In this document: in pieces, positions 1 to 13,700 of the stretch
Layout of the letters: the number at the start of each line of letters is the position of its first letter
Numbering within the stretch: position 1 is the first letter of the stretch
From: Ylistrum balloti
Lineage: Eukaryota
NCBI RefSeq assembly: GCF_031769215.1
Contig: NW_026782019.1
Location: 682,001-746,000 of the forward strand
DNA: 64,000 bases
Direction of reading: 5' to 3'
Made by a program: the position numbers and the translations under genes
The notes under the pieces: model-generated
Seen by the model: only the letters and a program-made list of their open reading frames with translations
Told to the model about the DNA's origin: nothing
Database searches by the model: none

Positions 1-2290
1 GACATATCTCCCATTGGAAATGAATCATTAGGTGTGGCAACACGGCTTGTGTTGGAATGTTCGGCAGTTTGACCGCTCCAGTTTACGGAGCTTGCTACTG
101 GTTGAGTCTGTTGAGGGTTGTATGATTGATTTGGATAGCTAGATGCAGGAGCTGCCATTCCTTCTTGTCCATATCCACCACCTGAAAAATATTAACTTTT
201 CACACTAGCCAAAAATAGTCATCCAAAACATAACAATATTATTTTGAGACATTCCTCACAATCTATGGGTTAAAGGAACCCAATTCACTGTGAACAGTTT
301 TATATACGATACTGCATGGACAACATCAAATTAAGAAAAAAGTGTTTCAAAGAATGTCACAGGTACCAAACATCAGGCCAGATTAAGCAGGTGTGCAGTA
401 TTAATCTTTAGGTCTTACTAACAAGATTGCTCGAATTAGGACGTTGGCATCCTCGATATTCCTGGGGTTACAATAACCACTACTGCCTGCACCCCTGAAC
501 CATGTCATGGCAAAACTGAAGACACAAGTGAAGAAATTTAATTGGTTCCAGGGGAGAAAAACTGACCAGTCGCAGGCTGATACGCTCCTTTTGAAGATTA
601 CAAAGGAAAAATGACCATCTTCAAAACCATTACAATACACCGTTATGCGTCCTTAAGATTCTTGATTCATTGATGTACATTAAACGATCAAACTAGTCTT
701 TTTGTCATGTCCACAAGGAGAATCAAGGATGGGAGATTGGATCATTGAAATTTAGTAGGAAACCATACAGTCTGGCAACACTGGTCCGATTTGGTGATAG
801 AACACTGACCTGTTTTGGAGAAACTGACAAATGTATATACTGTTCTTATATAACTAATGTATCTTACTGAGACGGGATTCATCACAACAGCAAACTAAAC
901 AGTCAGAGCTATAATTAGATGTCACCATGCCAACTGATTAAATTCCACACAGATCAGGTATCTGATGTTTGTTACACTGCTACATAATCTGTTCGACTCA
1001 CGTTTAGTAAAGGTAGTTGTCTATGGAATGTCCTGGCCATATGAATTTTGACTTCAAGCTAGTTATAACATTACATTAAGAGAGTATCACGTTAACTTTC
1101 TGTTTCTTTTAGATACCAAAACTTTACAATTTGCCCACTGATATGACTGAGACAACTGAATCCAGATGATAATAAGTTACTAGAGATCACTAGGCTCTTT
1201 GTCTCTTGTTAATAATATGAACATATTTCCATAAAGAAAAGAGAAAATGTACGTTCAGCAACATAAGTATATTTTTATCACACAATGTAATTAATTTTTA
1301 ATCAGATGATGAAACCATTGAACTAATTATATTATACAGGTTGTAAAGACTTCTTTCCCGAACAGAGAAATAAGCATGTAAGGGACTGACTTAGAAAAAT
1401 AAGAAATTTAGATCAGACAGGAAATAGAAATAGTAATTAGAGTGGCATCAGTTTAGAGAGATCATTATGTGGTCTCCAGGTTTAATTTAGTAATGATAGA
1501 AAGCTAAGGGCTTGTAGTGATTTGTCTAATAGAATTCATTTCTTGGTTGTATAAAGGTGTGCACACATGAGTTGTTATAGAAACCTTACTTTTGGATATC
1601 TGACCTAAACTAGTTTTTGTTGGTACTGTTATATATATATTTATAACAAGAAGATGGACAAAATTTCACAATCCTTCCAATGATGATTTATCTTCTTTAA
1701 ATTGTCTTGTGACTCGGAGCATCTACCAATTATGTCGAGAGACTTTTCCAATAGTTAACTACCAATTACAAGTATATACATATAGTTATAACCACTGTAA
1801 TTTGTGAACATGATGGGTTCAAGTTCTATTCACATGTAAAACTTCACTTGAATTGCTGAGTTCAACAATCACTAACATTATTTTATTATTTTGGTGAGAA
1901 TTGTATCCTAGCTTGCATCCCCCTCCTTTACTCCCACCCTCCCCTCCAAAACACAAAAAAAGAAGAAGGAAAAAAACAACTGAATCATGTGTTTATGAGT
2001 TACTGAGTTTGAAAAGACATGTCCATTTCACGAATGTTTAATAATTTTGTTAATCTGTCAGGTTTATGATCAGATTTCTGAAATTGCCAAATGTCAAGGT
2101 TAAAATGAATGCCCTGTGAAATGTATAGACAGGAAGCATCACACACAGCGCATCACAAGGAAAGCTACATTCAGTATATATGATATGTATGATCACAACA
2201 CATACCATATGTATAACCCCCTTGTTTGTTGTCTTGGTGGCCAGTTGCCATGTTATAGGATGGAGGAGGTGCTGAAGGATAGCTTGTCAT
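1..2290 (-). CDS. 5' part of a gene with a Pro/Gly/Tyr-rich N-terminus, possibly protein lifeguard / TMBIM family; continues beyond the window start
   Basis: Coding exon 2290-2206 (ATG, phase-1 GT donor) joins an exon starting at 181 (TTTTCAG acceptor) in frame: MTSYPSAPPPSYNMATGHQDNKQGGYTYGGGYGQEGMAAPASSYPNQSYNPQQTQPVASSVNWSGQTAEHSNTSRVATPNDSFPMGDM. PSAPPPSY and DSF resemble the N-terminus of TMBIM1/lifeguard from memory, but the diagnostic TM region is outside the window, so the product is tentative. Confidence 0.55.
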
Positions 2291-3997
2291 GATGGCGTCT
2301 AATGATCTGTAATAAAAATAAAACAGTCTATTTATGATTAAAGTACATCAATACAACATTGTTTCTATCATGAGCAGGCAAACTCGCAGGAGCATGAGTA
2401 ACCATGTACAAATTGACAAGTACACACACTTTTTTTTACTTCTGCCAATTCACCAGTTTCTTCCAGTCAAATATGGTCATTTCATTCTCTAGACCCTACT
2501 GGCTAACAATTTTATTACTTCACCATTTGACAGTGTGAAACAAAGGGCAGTAACTCTGGGACATTAGAATAGGTCATTTAGGAAGAAGGATTGTCACCTT
2601 ATGGTAGTTTTGAAATGAAGAGTTTTGGATATGGGTGAGAAAATCCTGTCTAGTCACATTTGGGATGTACAGGTTGGTTGTTTTAATGGACTGAAATGTA
2701 AGCCAAGTCTGATTTCCGAGTCATCAGGAAAAACAAAACAATATAATAATGATGAACACATTCTACAATGACGACATCCCATAACTTTAATGATTACCAC
2801 CATGTTTTACTACTGATCTTGTCACTAAATCACATAGAAGCATCCCGCATCATGTGACAACTATGCAAGCAAACTACACCTACCACTGCACTTGAGAAAG
2901 TCTTCCACTTGCGGTCATCAGTCACACACTATCTAAACAAATGACTATGATTACCAAGGCACCTTTTCCTTGTTCTACACCCCCAGTCAATGTTTCTGCC
3001 CTAGCTTTCATCTTGTACTCAAAACAACTGTTGCCCTCTCCTACTTTTTGAATCCTCTCAACCATAATCCTTATATCAATTAGAAGACCCCAATCACAAA
3101 TTCACTTTCATTCTGTCATGTATGTATGATGTGTGACAGTCTGACTACAACACATCCAGGCCATTATGATACTCTATATGATTTTTCAAATACATAATTC
3201 AACTGTTATGTTCATAGTGTGAAGTTCCATAGTTTCGAAAACATTTAATCACTCTAATTTGACGGAACAAACATCTAACCCTTCTCAAATTTGACTTTCA
3301 TTAAATTATAGGATATCATGGTTTTGTTTGTCAAGTAGCGTATAGTAACACTTTCAGTGTATGTGCCTATTTCTGTGTGTCATTTTCAGACTGTGTTAGT
3401 TGTATGGTACAACTCCCAAATAAAGACATTTTGAGTAAAAATTCCCCATGATCATTACCAGTGGCGGCAAGGTGACAAGGAAATAAAATACGAAGGTTGC
3501 CTGTCGAAGACAAAGCATGCAGGGTAATAAATATTTACCCATTAAACTTACTGTTAGGCCTACAATCTTGATTTCAAAATAATCCTAATTATAAAATAGA
3601 AGTTCAATGAACTAACGTAAAATACATGGGTTTGTAACGACGTACTAATGGGTGTGAGGTTATAACGATTTCGTAATATTGTCAATAATGTGCCCCTGTG
3701 ATCGATGTAAACAAACGCTCCAAGGTATAAAAGACAGCACATGCCTTATATTTATATCAATATTATAAGACACAACGCGTCCATCTCTTATCTTGGCCGT
3801 TTTTTTATCATTATCTACTTCAAATACAATGTTCTGAGGTTAATACATCAACAAGATGAAGGTGTCAGGTCAGGATGGATTGTTTACGTAATAAGATTAC
3901 AGGTTTCACATTTTCGGAATATTTTTTGCTTCGTGAAGATTTCAATAATGTTTTACGATTTTGTCTTTTCGACTATCTACAACTGGGGAGTACTTAC

Positions 3998-4123
3998 TGG
4001 ACTATTTAAGCGCCTAAAACACTGACAGAAACCCGGAAGCGAAAGTAGGTTTGTAGTTGGTATGCTCGAATTTCCGTCGCGTGAGAGATGTCAGCGCCAT
4101 GAGATGTGCCAGGGCGCATGCGC
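3998..4123 (-). promoter_or_regulatory. Candidate first non-coding exon and housekeeping-type promoter of the minus-strand gene
   Basis: Minus-strand donor CA|GTAAGT at 3998/3997; ETS motif CCGGAAG at 4033-4039; NRF1 palindrome GCGCATGCGC at 4114-4123; local CpG enrichment. Confidence 0.5.
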
Positions 4124-5134
4124 GTTACTGTGGAAATTAAAGGGACAATATCTGTTCCGTACAGCCGTCTACCTGGGTCGCTTTGAAAGAAAAGTATTTT
4201 TTCCCCACTAACACGCGATGACTGTGTCGTTACATGGCGTGAATTAAAAATAAAGCAAATTGATAACCTTTATATATCATTTTAACGCAGCAATTATCCC
4301 GTTACTGAAAGCGCGTTAATTACTTTAACGTGCTAGTTTTTTTATATTGCTTTCATTTGGTAGCGGTATGTATACTATCTTATCTTACTACTTGTGTCTA
4401 CTTTTTTCTCATTAACCAATTTATTATTATTATTTGTTTTCTTTTAACTTATTCTATGTTTACATACATTCTGGTAATTGTTATTATTGTTTTTCGGTAT
4501 ATTAGGAATTCTCGCCATTTCACCCAATCTTATGTTGCATGCTATGATACATCGTTCTTGGTCTATTTGCTTACTGTGTGTTAGTGTGCAGATCCCAATT
4601 TGCTTTTATTGTACATGCTGTAAAATATATCGATACTTTTTCTTGCTAAAAAGATGATACAGCTGTTTTTGTTTTCGTAATTTCACCAATAATACTTTCA
4701 GATACTTTCATCTTGCAGGATGTGATTTATCATATACATATATATTTACACATATTTTTCAAATATAAAGGCTGAATTCACAGTGTCCGTTGAAACATAT
4801 TAAAATAACTTCAAACAACACATCTCATTGAATTTAACATGAAAGCTTCCATTTCCGAATCTTCACGATGTTTAATATTTCCATATAAAGATTCAGAGAT
4901 GAAAAATGCTAATGTTTATTTCGACATGTTGTATGAAGTTATTTTAACATACAGTTCCCAAATACAAGATTATTCACCCATGCTTAATATTTCTCTTATA
5001 TTTCCTTTTGTCATTAAATAATTCCTTGTTTCGTCAGATACATTGATGTTTCCTTTCTTTCTTCTCTTCATTTCTGCTCACACTATACTCTACATGGCCT
5101 AGAGGTTACGATAAGAGAGGTCGTATTTCTGCCC

Positions 5135-5242
5135 TAATTGGTTTGGCTAGGCATCAGTATAAGGGGATATTTCCCCTCATTACAAATCAAACCCCGATAA
5201 CATACGTCCGCTCTCAGCCAAACTCACGTCACACCTCGTGAC
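5135..5242 (+). promoter_or_regulatory. Candidate promoter/5'UTR of the lectin receptor gene
   Basis: ATTGG (reverse CCAAT) near 5136, TATAAG at 5158, near-palindrome GGGGATATTTCCCC at 5163-5176, ACGTCA half-CRE near 5226, then ATG at 5243. Motif-based only. Confidence 0.35.
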
Positions 5243-7733
5243 ATGGACGCTTTCTTGATTGTGACAAATGTTCTTATCATTCAACTTTCCTTGTCTATAA
5301 GAGTCTTGGGTAAGTAACTTTTCTTTTATGATCGAAAAATCAAAATATTCGCATTCAATTTTAATGGATGTAAACGATTTTATGAAGAACCTGACATGTT
5401 AAGTAGCTATAGCGGTCTCGATCGTAGTATATTGTAAGGTATAGATATACAAACGATAGAGACATAGTGTCAACTATAACTTGTCTATTTTGTAAAGGAA
5501 TGTAGTCCCTGGTTATATTATGTATTTAATCAAAATAAAAATTCCCCTGAAACATGTCGAAAGCATATCATCCACGTATACATGTATATATATATATACA
5601 ATAAGTTTACTACAAATCACAGCCATAATACTGAGTTAATAGTACAAACACATAAACTCTGGTTGACAAAAGTGAATGAATAGATATTGATATCACAGAA
5701 ATAAGACATTGTTGCGATAGAATAAGCGTTTAACATGGAAACGCAAGACCTATTTCAATCATAAGGACTGTATGGACATAACTCAAATAAAAAGAGGTAG
5801 CCTTCAAAGAGAGACCCTTAAAAGTGCGAGCTCCTCTCTGACAATCATTGCGTCATCGTCATCTGTATCGTGAATGCTGAATCAATGCATGTCTACTCGG
5901 TGGAACAAATCACTATTTCTTACGATGTAACATAATTATACTTACATGGTAAAAAAAACAGTCACGAACCATTCCATACGTACATTGCGTGACTTTATTT
6001 ACATATGTTTTACCCTGAACATAGTAAAAGAGTTAAAATAACTTATCTAATAATAAACTATTGATGTTCACCAACTACTGGCACTTAAATTATATATCCG
6101 TTGTAAAGAAATTACAAAGTCATCACTACCAACGGGAGCGTAAGAAATAACGCCCAATTAAAAAAGGAGAAAAAACATCTGTTTTATACGCCCATGAATG
6201 CCAACTGAAAGCAGTTCATTTATGCTAACCATGTTTACAGCTTAGTGGATGATAAGGTCTAAGTAATGAACGTTATATAATGTACGTAAACACATAAGAG
6301 AAAGTGCTGAGTATTAGACGTGGAGAACAATCCTTTAAGTTACTCTTTATTTACTCATATTTACTAAACGAAAACTATTTCATACACCGTTATTCTACAC
6401 CCTAGTCCAAAAATAGACGTGCTATATATTGAGAATAAATTATATAAATGCTCATTTAGTTGCCGGATTAGATAAAGACAAAACATAAGTTTAAATGCAC
6501 ATATTTAGTGTGCATTGTATGATAGGACGATGTTTGACGCGATGGAATTTCACCGCTCGCGACGCTTTAATGAGGTGCCTGTGAGCGTTGACGACATGTT
6601 TACAGTCTACAATGGGATGAATGCCAGCTAGCTTGTTGATATTTGCCTACCTCATTATGTCTTTAGAGAAGATGGTACCAAGTCTTTAAATTGCATACGC
6701 ATATATTCCTTGAGTCGTATCCAAGAGAGAATTTCAAACAGAATAAACGGAATCATGGGTCAAACATTCAAACAAATTCTTCGAAAGACGTATAAATTCC
6801 TAGAATAAACCAAATTACTTACGCGTTTATCTTACCCAAACGAATGAAAATCTCTTAACAAGTTTTGTAACAGAATGATTATGGTTAGTAATTGTTTGGA
6901 TAATGTAATTTGCTGGAATGCATGACTCTCTCTTCCAAGGGGAGTAGATGGTTATATTATTTTGTAAAAAAGTGCACTTGTAAAGGCTTTGTAAACAGAG
7001 GTGTATCTGTTTGAGATATGTAAGTGTCTTCATATAGGAATAATACGTATACCATTAAGACCTATATGTTATATCCGTCGCTATTTATAGACAAACAATT
7101 GAGAACGTAAGTGCTTTACCTTTTCTTTATCATTAATGTCTGTATTCAAAGATTCTAACACAACTGCAATATTTATATTTAAATAAAGATTTTGCTGTGT
7201 TTGTTGAAAGTATTTTTGAAATTTCACGATGTTAAGTTTATATAAATAGGTGTTATTTTATCGCAGTTATAAATGAAAAACGAATTATGTTTAGATACTT
7301 TTGAGCTGTTTTTTTTTCAAAGAAAGCCTTTCCATTATGAAAGTTTTCAGAAACATACTTCGGGTTGCTTTTACTTCAACATTTATGTCTGTAAATAGAG
7401 TTATAAAAACACATAGAATAACATACGTTTGGTTTCAACACAATTAAAAGCTATTTGCCATTAAGAGCTGTTATCATGCCAGGGTCGACTAGGAAAATTT
7501 ACAAGCTGGTGGAGGAGGCAAGGACGTGGTCGGAGGCCAGGGACTTCTGCAAGGCACAAGATGGGGACCTCGGTGTAGTCACCGACTTCTACTCAAGTCC
7601 GGGGCGATACCTTGCGCACGCTCTTGAGTCCACCCCTGACCTCAAGGCCTGGGTTGCAGGAAAAGGACATGATGATGGATGGGATTGGTACGATAAGCAA
7701 CGAAAGCAAGGTAAATTTTTCTTTTTTTTTTTT

Positions 7734-7768
<35 letters not shown>

Positions 7769-10700
7769 CTGTACACCAAAAGTGACGCACTTGCTTCCGT
7801 ATCGCGTGCATTCAGAGAAAATTTTGTGAGTTAGAGATTCAAAGTACAAGTATTACTGATAATTGTATTTCATTATAGTCCATATTCATTGGTAATTTGG
7901 ATACATCTATGTCATTGTCAGATCCACGTTCTGTCCGACAAATGCATTGCAATCGGAATGTTATCAAAACCAAATTAAATCATTAATGTAACCCAATGAT
8001 GTCGGAAGTCAAATAGGTTGTTTAAAACGTATCTAAACTATAGCTTAATAGTATTAAACAGGAATCAAACATACAACGAGGATATACAATATAAATCAGC
8101 AGAAAATGTCAGGTAATTCTTTTGTTATCAGATTCAGCAAAACAAGAGTTCCAGATAGTTACATGTGATACAGAATAGCTCTGTATCGCACTTTCTGAGA
8201 GATGGTATAAATGTTGATAGACCTTTCCTGAATTTCAGCTGGATCGGTCACTCCAATGTCACAGCTTATCGCATACAGAGGCTGCGTTAAGCCCGAATTC
8301 ATTATGGGTGGAGTGCGAATGAAGAATAATAATGCTATGGATTGCTTTAAAAAATGTGAATGGAAAGGTGCTATTGCCCTTAAGGTAAGTATAAACTTAC
8401 AAACAACACAACATGTAAGATTGGTGTCAAAGGTCATAGCAAATCATATACAAGCTATTCAGAAAGTTGTGAATATCCTTTTTTGATATATCTCGACCTG
8501 ACTTAGGAGTGAAATGATACTCGGTTGCATTTAACATGTGTTATACCTTCCTTAGAGTTGGTATTGTATTTGTGAATGGCGTCTGCGAAATATCACGGTG
8601 ACCGAAACTGACTACTGTGACATCACGTGTCCTGGACGAGAGGGCGAAAGGTGCGGGGGCATCCATGGCGTCTCCCTGTACCAAATGAGTAAGTTTTGTT
8701 GGAATATTTGTGTTTTATCTGTTTCTAGAATAAATACATTTTGTTGTAACATCCGTGGTGTGTTTCATATGAATGTTCATGAAGTGAAATTTTTGTGAGG
8801 ATAACCTTTTGTGGAGATAAAATATCCCAACACCATGTTAATACCTCCAACCAGGTGGATGAGGGTTGTGGATGCATGTGCAAACTATGAAATATTTCTG
8901 CACAATCTAGTGGATATATATAAAACAATGATTTTAGATTTAGTAAATTTGTTAGACTGTCTATAGGTGCTTGTGGGTGTCAAAATTGAGCTAGTTTAAG
9001 AACTGTATGAGCCATATGAGATGCATTGGGTTTGTAAGGAGAGCTGCGAGGTATGTTTTTCTACACCTGCTGGTACTCAAGTTGAATTCACAGTTCTAGT
9101 CTTGGAATGGACTATAAAGTAAATATTGCGAGAATTTGTGGAGTAGTGCAGTTACAAGAAAAAAGACTGAAATCTTGTAGAGTTTGCACTCACGTTATCA
9201 CTGGTACAGTAGGGTATTTTTATATTCTGTGTTTCTATGACAGATTAAAGCAATTTAAACGTTGTAACTACATTTCCTATCAGAATTGATCTTAAATGTT
9301 GTTTGTGGAATCGCAGATTCACGTGCCGTGCTGTGGGGGCAGGACGAACCCTTAGCAGCCAGGGGCTGTGTTTACGTGAACAGACCTTATGAGGACGAAC
9401 CTTGGAGCTGGCACGCCTCGCACTGTCACATGATCAGGCGTTTTCTTTGTAAATACGGTAAGGAGGCCAATTATGTAAAAAAAAAAAAAAAAAAAAATCT
9501 ATTGTGTTCGTTTATTTCATCAATGTTGAATATTTCTCATATACATATATATGTGAATAATTTGAATTTTAAACATGGTAGGTTGCCCTCTATTATCGCA
9601 ATCTAGTGCCGAGGTAAATTCTCTACATAAGGAAGCAACTCCTTCTAGCCATGAAGTTGGCCCTATCAATTTAAATGTCCCAATGCTGCAGTTTTTATGA
9701 TGCTTATGTGAATGATTCAATGGCGTATAGGACAGGTTGAACTTAAATTTAATGTTGCCCTCTCATTTTTTTGCGGATCAATCAAAGTATTGGAACCGAA
9801 ATTAGCTAAACGAGTTAAGAATTTATACATCCTCTGCATTACACGTATTATTGAATGTTGATGTTAATCTATGTCCTTTGACCCAGTTAACATACATTAC
9901 GTCTAGATGTGCCATACTCCATAGCCTGTGCTCCAATCTCCTATTCCTCTAGTCTTCAGTCAGTATCAAACGAACTCCATTGCTATACCCTCTCTGTATA
10001 CGTTGCCCTTCATCCATTGCTTTTATAGCCTTCATGTTTCATATTTAACTGTAAAACTTCATTCCACTAATCGTCATGTCCAGATTATTATAAACATAAG
10101 AGTTTAGCAGTATTCGTATTTTAACGCCTTTAGAACTGAACGTATTATACTACAATACAATTCCGCCTACTGCAGTTTCTGCATGCTGATTATGTATCAA
10201 ATTTTGAGGACTCATCATTGCGCTTATTAACCCTAACAAGATGAAAATGCGCTAAAATTTGATTACGCTAAATTAAGTTCGTTTACAATAACGACATTCC
10301 ATTCCACGGTTCCTCAGGTTCGATTAACCATACACCATTACTCTACTCCTCATGTCTAGATTCACCGTACTCTAGTCCTTTTGTCTAGATTAATTCTTCT
10401 CTATTTCGTACTCCATTCCCGTAATCCTCACGCCCATATTAAGTGTACTCAATTCCTCTTTCCCTATCACCAGATTAAGCGTACTCCATAGGTCAATTTC
10501 TCATGTCCAGATTAAGAGTACTCCATAGGTCTGTTTTTCCTGTCCAGATTAAGCGTACTCCATACGACTATTTCTCATGTCCATATTAAGCGTACTCCAT
10601 TTCGCCTTTCCTCAAGTCCACTTTGACAATACACTTTGCCTTTATGTCTGGTAACCAGATAATGCGTACTCTTTTATTCCTTATATCTCATTGTCCAGAT

Positions 10701-13700
10701 TGACAATGCTCCAGAATCCTCTTTCCCTAATGTCCAGATTGGCTGTGCTCCAATCCTCTATTTCTAATGTCCAGATTGACTTTGCTCCAATCCTCTATTC
10801 CTAATGTCCAGATTGGCTGTGCTCCAATCCTCTATTCCTAACATCCAGATTGACTTTGCTCCAATCCTCTTCCCCTAATGTCCAGATTGGATGTGCTCTA
10901 ATCCTCTATTTCTAATGTCCAGATTGACTTTGCTCCAATCCTCTATTCCTAATGTCCAGATTGGCTGTGCTCCAATCCTCTATTCCTAACATCCAGATTG
11001 ACTGTGCTCCAATCCTCTATTCCTAACATCCAGATTGACTGTGCTCCAATCCTCTATTCCTAACATCCAGTTTGACTGTGCTCCAATCATCTATTCCTAG
11101 TGTCCAGATTGGTTATGTTCCAATCCTCTATTCTTAATGCCTAGATTGGCAATGCCCCATCCTCTATTCCTAATGTCCAGATGGACTGTACTCCAATCCT
11201 CTATTCCTAATGTCCAGATGGACTGTACTCCAATCCTCTATTCCAAATGTCCAGATTGGCTGTGTTCCAATCCTCTGTCCCTAATGTCCAGATGAACTGT
11301 GCCCCAATCCTCTATTCCTAATGCCTAGATTGACAATGCTCCAGTTCTCTATTCCTAATGTCCAGATTGACAATGCTCCAATCCTCTATTCCTAATGTCC
11401 AGATTGACTGTGTTCCAATCCTCTATTCCTAATGTCCAGATTGACTGTGCTCCAATCCTCTGTCGCTAATGTCCAGATGGACTGTACTCCAATCCTCTAT
11501 TCCAAATGTCCAGATTGGCTGTGTTCCAATCCTCTGTCCCTAATGTCCAGATGAACTGTGCCCCAATCCTCTATTCCTAATGCCTAGATTGACAATGCTC
11601 CAGTTCTCTATTCCTAACATCCAGATTGACTGTTCTCCAGTCCTCTATTCCTAACGTCCAGATTGACTGCGTTCCAATCCTCTATTCCAAATGTCCAGAT
11701 TGACTGTGCTCCAATCCTCTATTCCTAATGTCCAGATTGACTATGCTCCAATCCTCTGTCGCTAATGTCCAGATGGACTGTACTCCAATCCTCTATTCCT
11801 AATGTCCAGATTGACTGTGCCCCAATCCTTTGTTCCTAATGTCCAGATTGACTGTGCTCCAATCCTCTATTCCTAACATCCAGATTGACTGTGCTCCAAT
11901 CCTCTATTCCTAATGTCCAGATTGACTGTGCTCCAATCCTCTGTCGCTAATGTCCAGATGGACTGTACTCCAATCCTCTATTCCTAATGTCCAGATGGAC
12001 TGTACTCCAATCCTCTATTCCAAATGTCCAGATTGACTGTGCTCCAAATTCTCTAATGTCCAGATGGACTGTACTCCAATCCTCTATTCCTAATGTCCAG
12101 ATTGACTGTGCTCCAATCCTCTATTCCTAAATCCAGATTGACTGTGCTCCAATCCTCTATTCCTAATGTCCAGATGGACTGTACTCCAATCCTGTGTTCC
12201 AATCCAGATGGACCTCCAATCCTCTATTCCTAATGTCCAGATTGACTGTACTCCAATCCTCTATTCCTAAAGTCCAGATGGACTGTACTCCAATCCTCTA
12301 TTCCAAATGTCCAGATTGACTGCGTTCCAATCCTCTATTCCTAATGTCCAGATTGACTGTGCTCCAATCCTCTTTTCCTAATGTCCAGATGGACTGTACT
12401 CCAACCCTCTATTCCAAATGTCCAGATGGACTATGCTTCAATCCTCTATTCCTAATGTCCAGATTGACTGTGCTCCAATCCTCTATTCCTAATGTCCAGA
12501 TTGACTGTGCTCCAATCCTCTATTCCTAATGTCCAGACTGTGCTCCAATCCTCTATTCCTAATGTCCTGTGTACTCCAATCCTCTATTCCTAATGTCCAG
12601 ATTGACAATGCTCCAATCCTCTATTCCTAATGCCCAGATGGACTATGCTCCAATCCTCTATTCCTAATGTCCAGATTGACAATGCCCCAATCCTCTATTC
12701 CTAACATCCAGATTGACTGTGCTCCAATCCTCTATTCCTAATGTCCAGATGGACTGTACTCCAATCCTCTTTTCCTAATGTCCAGATGGACTGTACTCCA
12801 ATCCTCTATTCCAAATGTCCAGATTGACTGCGTTCCAATCCTCTGTCGCTAATGTCCAGATGGACTGTACTCCAATCCTCTATTCCTAATGTCCAGATGG
12901 ACTGTACTCCAATCCTCTATTCCAAATGTCCAGATTGACTGTGCTCCAATCCTCTATTCCTAATGTCCAGATTAGCTGTGTTCCAATAATGTCCAGATGG
13001 ACTGTACTCCAATCCTCTATTCCTAATGTCCAGATTGACTGTGCTCCAATCCTCTATTCCTAATGTCCAGATTAGCTGTGTTCCAATCCCCCTGTCCCTA
13101 ATGTCCAGATTGACTGTGCCCCAATCCTCTATTCCTAATGTCCAGATTGACAATGCTCCAATCCTCTATTCCTAATGTCCAGATTGACTGTGTTCCAATC
13201 CTCTATTCCTAATGTCCAGATTGACTGTGTTCCAATCCTCTGTCGCTAATGTCCAGATGGACTGCACTCCAATCCTCTATTCCTAATGTCCAGATGGACT
13301 GTACTCCAATCCTCTATTCCAAATGTCCAGATTGACTGCGTTCCAATCCTCTATTCCTAATGTCCAGATTGACTGTGCTCCAATCCTCTATTCCTAACAT
13401 CCAGATTGACTGTGCTCCAATCCTCTATTCCTAATGTCCAGATTAGCTGTGTTCCAATCCCCCTGTCCCTAATGTCCAGATGAACTGTGCCCCAATCCTC
13501 TATTCCTAATGTCCAGATTGACAATGCTCCAATCCTCTATTCCTAATGTCCAGATCTATTCCTAATGTCCAGATGGACTGTACTCCAATCCTCTATTCCA
13601 AATGTCCAGATTGACTGTGCTCCAATCCTCTATTCCTAATGTCCAGATTGACTGTGCTCCAATCCTCTGTCGCTAATGTCCAGATGGACTGTACTCCAAT

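Noticed and set aside
401-640. ORF as a transposase fragment or extra exon of the minus-strand gene
   Set aside because: No recognisable catalytic motif, and the flanking exons already join in frame without it.
2541-2557. AAAGGGCAGTAACTCT, the reverse complement of the HINE monomer motif
   Set aside because: Too short to call an element on its own.
12344-13153. ORFs within the 37-bp array
   Set aside because: Repeat-derived translations.
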